64,000 bases of DNA from NCBI GenBank assembly GCA_964016885.1, contig OZ024742.1, forward strand, positions 141,608,001 to 141,672,000. Reading direction: 5' to 3'. Below, one piece after another: positions 55,480-64,000 of this stretch. The notes under the pieces are model-generated. The model was given only the letters and a program-made list of their open reading frames with translations, searched no databases and had not been told where the DNA came from. The number at the start of each line of letters is the position of its first letter. Positions within the stretch are counted from its first letter, which is position 1. Source of the DNA: Eledone cirrhosa (lineage: Eukaryota). A program made the position numbers and the translations under genes.

Positions 55480-56370
55480 AGGTTTAATATGCCCAATGAG
55501 ATTGGTGGCCATTTCTTGTGTCATCTGTTCCAGTCGATTGATTTGGAAGAGTGTACGGACATTGCAGGTGGCCACTTTTGAGGTGTTCTGTAACCCTGAA
55601 TAGGGATCCATTCCAGGTACTGTCAGCCAGAGCCAGCTGAGTTTGGGACTTATGTAAGGCAAGGTCGTCACTCACACCATCTATCAGTCTTAACAACAAC
55701 AGCTTAAATGTTGATTTTCAGATAAGCATTGAAAAGACTAAAGTAACGTTTATGGGGAAAGCAGAGCAACAATTAGTCCAGCTAAAGGACCAGACACTGG
55801 AGACCGTTGACTCGTTCGTATATTAGGCAAGTATATTATCAACAGATTGCAACGAAAGTACTGATATGGAAAAGAAACTCGGCAAATTTGCAGCTGTCTT
55901 TCAGTGTTTAAAGCTTATATATTCCAAATGCTCCATCAGCCAAAACACAAAATTCCACATGTATACATCAATAGTTGTTTCAAGGCGATGTATGCTTGAG
56001 AGACATGAAAATTGCCTGTAGAATCTAGAGAACTGCAGATGTTCTTCATAGAGGTTGCCTTAACTTAGGATTTCTTGACGTGACCCCATCACGAATGAAG
56101 AGGTCATGGAAATGACCCAGCTGCGTGTTCCACATGTCCACAGAGAGATAGGCGAGAGCCTCTCTTGAATGTAAGCCAGAAGAGGTGGGGCGAAGGAGAC
56201 CAAGCATACCTGTAAAGATATGGTTGAGGTCTGTAGAAGAAGACTTGTCAGACAAGAGACTGGTTTGAAAACAGACACGTTACAGAGCTTGTGACCGTGC
56301 AAAAAGGAAATCTCTTGTCGAACAATGTTCCAAAGACAGCAAAAGGAACTAAAGAAGAACGTGAAAAACT
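55480..56370. pseudogene. Old RTE-like LINE remnants in two orientations
   Basis: Minus strand 55480-55680 gives KVATCNVRTL (first APE motif). Plus strand 55700-56370 gives ISIEKTKV, LETVDSFVY*G and NEEV remnants of post-RT domains. Confidence 0.6.
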
Positions 56371-57734
56371 ATGACTTACAACTTGGGACATACATACACA
56401 CATATTCATACATACAAATATACATATATATATACATAAATATATACATTCATACATATATACAGACATACAGGCAGACCGACAGACCGACAGATATTGA
56501 ATTTTATATCTTGAGATATATTTAGAAATATTTTACTAGATAAATACCTACACTTATGTCTATATATCAATAATTTGCACATATATCTATGCATGTGTGT
56601 TCGTGTGTATGTGTGCTCGTGTATATGTGAGTATGTATGTATGTGTGTGTGTGTATGTGTTCGTGTGTGTGATTGTGGTTCTTCAGGGTTGTGCATATGA
56701 TAGAGCACGAGGCTGTGCATGACATTTAACAAGAACATCTTATTGGTAAATATTAAAGTACTCGTGCTGATCTATCGATGTAATTTTACTGATTCTTTTG
56801 TTGAATTCATTTAATATCTTTAATATTATCAACTGCTACCAGTCTGAGAATTTTACAGTTCTTTATGGCCCTAGGCTAAAACTTATTTTATTTATAAAAT
56901 TGAATCTACAATACCATTTATTAACTAATGAATATGAATCCTGCCATCACCAGCTTTTAAAGTTTAATGATAATAATAAAAAAAAAGATGATAACTATCG
57001 TAATGTCAATATCATTAAAAAATGGAAATGGTCGCTTGTCACCCACTGTGTACTATTTTTTTCGTATGTTATTCTTCTTCTAGCTTATAATTTAGAATTT
57101 CATCGCCTGTAGTTTGTGAAGGGTCAGTACAATAGTATACACACACATACACACACTACCACCACCACCACCACCACCACCACCACCACTACCACCACCA
57201 CCATAATAATAAAAAAAGTATAAAACTTGAGCAACTTTCACTATATTCAATCTAACCAGTTTTAAATGTCATGATGATGACAGAAATGTCCTATATACAA
57301 TTAGTTGTTAACAAACAACACATTTTTGTGGTTCCTGCCATCATCTGAATTATAATTCTCAGCAAAATCACGGTAGAAATCGACCTCCACCTGTTTCATC
57401 GATGATAATTCTAGTTGTTCGATCAATAGAATAGTCTACTTGCGAAGTTAACATGTAAGTAACTGAACATTCCACAGGCACGTGTAGCCTTAACCTACTT
57501 CTCAGTAAGATTCAGCATGACATAATATGCGACCAGGTAGGTCATTTAAATTACAGCTACAGTCTACTCGACGAGCTTCCAAAGAGTTCCTGTCTACTCA
57601 CTTTCACTCTCAAAGCAGGCGTCGACCCAAGATTATGGTAAATAACATTTGCTCATGAGGCCACGCTGAGGGATTGAACTGCGGACACCAGAATCTTAAC
57701 ACCAGAATCACCACTGCCAATCCACCACCCTAAA

Positions 57735-58160
57735 TAATAATGTTTTCTCATTTAGGCACAAGGCCAGCAATTTTGGGAGAGGGGAAAGTTGATTAAATTG
57801 ACCCAGTGCGTTACTGGTTTTTTATTTTATCGACTCCGTAAGGATGAAAAGCAAAGCTAAACTTGGCAGGATTTGAAATCAGAACGTAAAAGTGCCGTGC
57901 TTATATGACGCAAAGCATGTTGTCCGGCGCTCTACCGATAATGCCAATCCACCGCAAATTTTCTCCTCTAATAATAATTGTTTCTACTTTTGGCACAAGG
58001 CCAGCAATTACCAGTACATTACTGGTACTTTATTTTATCGACCCTGTAAGGATGGAAGGCAAAGTTAACCTCGGCGGGATTTGAACTCAGACCGTAAAGG
58101 GACGTAACTGTGCTGCAAAGCATGGCGTCCGACCCTCTACTGATACTGCCAATCTACCAT
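57735..58160 (-). mobile_element. Two family-A SINE copies
   Basis: 57735-57955 and 57972-58160 each show tail, core and head in reverse complement. Confidence 0.85.
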
Positions 58161-60046
58161 CTGCATTTCTTCCCTGCAAGACGAAATTCATGCTAAATCA
58201 TCAATGTTTAATAATAGATCTACAACAAACCAGCAACGACTGTTTTGCAGTAAAACAAAAAGAAATAACTACTTACTACAATAAGGTGTGAATAGATCCT
58301 CCCGACCATTCTTCAAGAGTTTCCCACCCTAAATTAATATTTGTATTCATACAACAACGATTTTCTCTCTAACTAACTAGCCGTTCAATTAATTGGTTAA
58401 GCAATTCTGCTGTTTACTAATTTCCTCGATATATCATAAGTAACTGTACCGTCGCTAAAGGCTGCTACTTCTGATATTAATAAAACATTGACTTATTCAG
58501 TTGGAAATCCATTTCTTTAAAAAGCCAGAGGTATGCAGCTAATGACAGTTAATATACGCATGAAATACAAGAAAATAAATCGACTGAGTAGTCTGTCGGA
58601 CGCGATCCAAACACACTTCTTTTATTAGTTGCTATTGTTAGGAATTTAGTGTCATTCTAAAGGAAAGCATATCCCAGAAGATATCTCGGTAGCAGCTGTA
58701 GTTAAATGAAGTGGCAATACCCGAGGCTGATATTCATTCAAACCTCTATAATGAAATTTCTAACTTCTACAGAAAAGTATCCATTATTGCAGCAGTAAAA
58801 GATATATAAAGAGAACAGGACTTATAAAATGGAACAGGTATTAACATTTTCATAAGAAATAATGTGACGATCCAATACAATTAAGTTATAAAATCATTGA
58901 TGAAAACGATCAAAGTATTTCAATATATTATTATCATCTATTTGAACGGCAGCGATTCAATTGCTTATACTTAAAATTCACTTGCTTATAAATGAAAAAT
59001 ACTAAAATTTTGTTGACATAATTTGAAAATATTAAATCTATGAAATGTCATGTGAGTTAAAGTAGTTGTATAAAGAAAACTTGTTAAATTGCAAGTTTGT
59101 TTACGACATGAAAATTAGCTCAATTTTACTTCTTGGAAATCTGATGGTCATTTTCCTCTTGGATGTAAGGGAAATTAGTGTGATGTAACTACGTTTTCGA
59201 GGATGACTTATGAACATACGCAATGCTTTCATCAACAGTTTTAAGAGTCCGTGTAGTCGCTATCAGACACAGACACTGCTTCGGCTTTCCCTTCCTTGAC
59301 TAAGCTAAATATCCAGAATACAGATAAAAAGGGAGCGGGCTCCCACAATGATGTGGGAGTGGATTTTGTCTTTATGCTAACTTGCTGAAAATAACGGACA
59401 TGCTTCTATCTAATTAGTTATTATTTATCGGTTCTGAAAGAATGAACAGCGAAATAAACCTGGCTGGGATTTGAATGCAGAATGCCGATAGGTGGAACGA
59501 ATAACACAATGCGTTCTATCCAGGTCTAACAACACTGCCAAAATGACCGCCTGAATGCCATTTGAACTACTTATATTGAACGTTAAACGTGAATAGAAAG
59601 CCTGATTTAAAGAAGATAAAATGTGGATTGTCTCATATGCAAAGAAGTGAGTAAAACTGGTGGTGATCGGCTGGAGTATTGAGTATTACGACGTCATTAT
59701 AGTAGATACACTGTTACTCGTCAAAAGTATTTACAAGTTCACTTAATCTTTTATTAACTAGAATCAAATGCAATAGCTTCGGGTTAAAACACTGAAAGTT
59801 AATGATAAATATATATATATATATATACTCGACTTATTTATTTAAACACTTAATCCCGATTAATTTTTATTTTTAAATATTAAGATATTTATGTGCTTTT
59901 AAAGGAGACGAAACACAGGTGTGGTTCCAAGAATCTCAGAATCTAAAATTACTTTAGCAGTCCTGTTACAGAAGTGCATCATTTAAATAATCCATTTAAT
60001 CTCACAATTATTACAAAAATACGGACTGCAACGCAAAAAGAGGAAT

Positions 60047-60109
<63 letters not shown>

Positions 60110-62061
60110 GAGAGATAATATATGTGAGTGAGTGAAAAATATTGTGAGATAAAACCAGAAATATAAAGAGAAAGAAAGAAAGCTTAAAAAAAGGAAGGCA
60201 AAAATAATGAAGTAATGTAGAAGAATTAAATAGAGACACTATCAATTATAAACAACGTCTACCATTAACTTACTAGATAGATTTATAGGAGTGGAGCTTT
60301 TAATAGAACTGAACGTTAAAGAAAACCTCAGAAAACTAATAGATATTTTCTTGTTGTTTGAGCAAAACTTGTTCATTTTGCGAGGGTAAGTTGAACTGAT
60401 TCATTATATTACTGATATTGTATCCCATTTGTTTTTTTTCCATCAGGGTCTAAAATTTATCTAATATGGGTGAGATTATATTGAAATTTGGCCGCAATTT
60501 CTTGTGAACGCTATAAGGCTGAATGGTTAAGAGGTTCGCTTTGCTATCAAAATTTCACGTGTTCGACGTACTGCGTGGCATCTTAGCTTCCTATCGGCCT
60601 AAGCTTTATAAGTGAAACTGGCTAGATGGAAACTGTTTGGAAGCCTGTCGGATGGACTGTATCTTTGATTAGAAAGGGTCAGCTTTGTCACACTCACTGA
60701 ATTTTCTTAAGAATTACGCTAAAGTATACGTGTTTGTGGAAAATTACTTATACAATAAATTACAGGAAGCCTATACATTGATTAAACAAGTAAAATATTC
60801 GCCATCGAAACGGTTTGCAATTAAACCCATTCGATATCTTACACCTCCAGCAGCCCTAGAGATGCACGAACTCACGATTTTAACATTAACCACAAGTTTT
60901 ATAAACTTGTTTAAAAGTATTATTTCAAAACTCCAATACAGTGAAACTATTAAGTTTGAAGTAAAAACAAAACCCCTGATGGCTATACAATTATGAGAAA
61001 GGTAGTCACTACGTAATGTCAATGTAAATTTGTGTCCCGTGTAAAATTAGAGATGAGATCAATATCTCCGTATCGACAGATTGATTATCAAGAAATCTAA
61101 GCACATATTTCGTATTTGATATGCACTTAGTAAATCATCAACGACTCCGATATTTAGTTTTTCAACATGTAATTCGTCTATCTTGGTGTTATTCTTTTGG
61201 CCGGAGAGAGAGAGAGAGAGAGAGAGAGAGGTGGAAAGAGAGGTGGAGAGAGAGAGGTGGGGAGAGAAGAGGAAGAGAAATGTAAGAGGAAAAAGAAAGT
61301 TCTGATAAAGAAGAGAAGGAGGAGGGGTGGTGATGAGAGGTGGGAGGAAAATAAAAACATTGATTAACTGAGAACTGAGAGTGAATATAGCAGAAAAGGA
61401 GGAGAACAAGAATGAGAGAAATAATTAGAAAGAAAGGCCAGAAAGATATAAGGAAAATAACAGTAGATATAAATATAAAATATATGGAAAGGTAGACAGA
61501 CACTGAGAAAGAGGAAGGGAGGGAGAGAGAGAATGTGAGAGAGAGAGTGTGTGGAGCGAAAATGACTAGAAAATAAGTTGTCAAAATATGTCTGTGCGTG
61601 TGTGTTTGTTTGTCATTATCCGTGTCTGTGTATTTTTACCTAGCGGTTCCACAAATAGATATAAGCGAAATCATTTAGTCTCGGGTTTGATTTCGATCTC
61701 ACTGCTTGGTATTTTGAGCAAGTTTCATTTACTGTAGTTACAGAAAGACGGTACCTCTAATTCAAAGGACCAGTTTTGTCATACACTGTGTCACGCAGAA
61801 TTTCTTCCAGAATTATGTGTTTGTAGACTGTTCTGTCACTATTTGCTAGCAAATAAATAAAATATGAAATGAATATACACAATACGAGAGTTTTTTGACA
61901 AAACTGAGACAATAGAGCCTCAAGAAAACAAGGTACCTACTCAAATTCTGTCTAATAAACAGACAACTGCTGCAAAAGAAGTGAAAGCAATAAATAGATT
62001 ATTTAGAATGTAAATAGAACGTGAGCATGTGTGCTGGAAGAAGTAATATATATATATATAT

Positions 62062-62340
62062 ATTTCGTTTCTGAATTTGTTTAGCAAGATTCTTTATCTG
62101 AAATCGTGTGTTGAAACCGATATTGTTATACTTTGGGAGGGTCATGTTGCCAATAAGAAACACACGCACCAGTTGCTTTCACTTCAATTTATTATAATAA
62201 ATTTATAATAAATTTATAAATTTATAAGAAATTTATAAATTTATAAATTTATAAATTTATTATAAATTTATTATAATAAATTGAAGTGAAAGCAACTGGT
62301 GCGTGTGTTTCTTATTGGCAACATGACCCTCCCAAAGTAT

Positions 62341-62348
<8 letters not shown>
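62062..62348. mobile_element. Family P3 fold-back mini-element (no HHR retained)
   Basis: Palindrome 62120-62348 folded in an (aaatttat)n centre. Arms match 26987-27060. Flanked by (TA)n. Confidence 0.88.
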
Positions 62349-62378
<30 letters not shown>

Positions 62379-62382
<4 letters not shown>

Positions 62383-62573
62383 GTGTCGTTTGAAAAGTTC
62401 ATAGGGTGACCAAGATACTCTAATGAAATGTCCAAATGAGCTTTATTTTCCAACATAGGCACTGGAAAGAAACATTGCAATTATTAATCAGAAGTGAAAT
62501 TAATGCATGCAAGATTTCACAAGTCTAGCGTCACTCCTTTATAGTCAGCCTAAGAACTTTTCAGGTCACACTC

Positions 62574-62575
<2 letters not shown>
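62379..62575. mobile_element. Tc1/mariner-type MITE
   Basis: Ends ..tgaaaagttcatagggtgac / gtcagcctaagaacttttca..ctcgTA; inserted in (TA)n. Confidence 0.7.
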
Positions 62576-62608
<33 letters not shown>

Positions 62609-62610
<2 letters not shown>

Positions 62611-62704
62611 GAATGCAAAACGAAAAATCAGTGATGTATCGGAACTCAATTTATTGCAATAAATTGAGTTCCGATGCATCCCTGATTTTTCGTTTTCCAT
62701 TCTA
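62609..62704. repeat. 96-bp spacerless palindrome abutting (TA)n
   Basis: tagaatg.aaaacgaaaaatcag.gatg.atcggaactcaatttattg|caataaattgagttccgatgcatc.ctgatttttcgtttt.cattcta. Confidence 0.88.
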
Positions 62705-62774
62705 TCATACTCTGCTCCGTAGGAGCATAGAGTGCTCAACCGACATAACTATGGACGCATCTTAGCTACCATAA

Positions 62775-62852
<78 letters not shown>

Positions 62853-63096
62853 CGGTCCCTTGTAGCTTCAGCACCCCACCCCCTCCCCTATTCTATGGTA
62901 GATTTGGCTGACTTCGCTTTTTATAGCAGAGGTGTTAGACCTCGGATACTTGCCCCCTTCTCCGACCGCTGTTCCTTTTTTCCGTGCCTTCTATATTTCT
63001 TAGTGGCATCTTTGCTTTAATTTCTCGTTTATCCAGTATTTCTTTCTTCTTTTTCTCTTTTTTTTGGGGGGGGGGGTGTGGTGTGTGGTGTGGTGT

Positions 63097-63130
<34 letters not shown>

Positions 63131-63552
63131 CTGTATTAATTTTCCGTTCTTTACTTTTACTTCGTACGATCTTTCATGTAGCTTGTATAAGACTTTTTGT
63201 TTCGTGGCGGTACCCTTAGAGTTAGCACGAGTATTTTTTTGCGGGACCCTGAATTATATTCTCGTACTAGTTTACTTTCTTGCACTGGGTGGTTGCTGGC
63301 CCTGTGATTGGGGTAGAAACCTTTATTATTTCGTGGTAGTCTCTTTAGAATTTTGGACCCCCCCCCCCCCCCCCCTTCTTGACCCGTCACCGTACGATAC
63401 ACGCACTTATACCTCGTATAAGGGTCCCTTTATTTCCGTCCCACCTCGTTTATTTTTATTATTATTATTTATTTACTTATTTATTTTTTTATTCTTTATT
63501 ATATATATATATATTTTTTTTTTTAAATTTATTTATCTATTCTTTTATTCAC

Positions 63553-63583
<31 letters not shown>

Positions 63584-64000
63584 TGTATTTCTTTAGCCTA
63601 GCAATAGCGAGAGACTTAAGTCTTAGTAACCAGACTTTGCTTATTTTTATTTTTTATTTTTTTTATTTTTATAGTTTTACCCTTCATTGTTCTACTTACC
63701 GTTTCGACTTCCTCCTCTCCCCCTCCCCAGTATCCTCTTTGACCTCACGCCCAGCTGTAGCCAGCACTACCAACGCATGAATGGGTCTACTCCACCCCTC
63801 TCCCTTTTTCTCCTACCGGCAGGTTTAGCTTCCCCTTCCCCCACCAATTTGCCATCACAGATTTACTACTAACTTGTGATGTGACCAATCCTGGTGATTA
63901 TCTCTTTGACCATATAATAAGCTCGGCTATTTAAATACCAGAATAAATTTTCATTCAGTCCAGAATTAGCCGTCGAAACGGCTTGAGCTCAGCCGTCGGG

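Noticed and set aside
58772-58838. Possible short host exon (pyrimidine tract-AG ... GT)
   Set aside because: No recognisable protein similarity and no partner exons; cannot be supported without RNA data.

Overview
AT-rich, microsatellite-saturated eukaryotic DNA. The SINE, LINE and microsatellite make-up is most consistent with an octopus/cephalopod genome (inference). I could not support any host protein-coding exon, and almost all listed ORFs are translations of (TA)n, (CA)n, (TACA)n or (CT)n. The real coding content is mobile: a decayed Tx1/L1-type LINE, a 5'-truncated RTE LINE with an unbroken RT frame and three C2H2 fingers, several R4/Dong REL-endonuclease LINEs, a decayed Penelope-like element (PLE) and a 2.5-kb non-autonomous Helitron. 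There are also hAT, Tigger and mariner MITEs and many tRNA-derived SINEs. The most striking signal is a dense population of short, mutually dissimilar inserts embedded in (TA)n tracts. They carry type-I hammerhead ribozyme (HHR) motifs (about 15 complete or degenerate plus several half motifs) and are often fold-back palindromes, many of which break at or inside the ribozyme. They look like (TA)n-targeted, ribozyme-bearing PLE termini or mini-elements. All structures were read by eye; coordinates may be off by a few bases.
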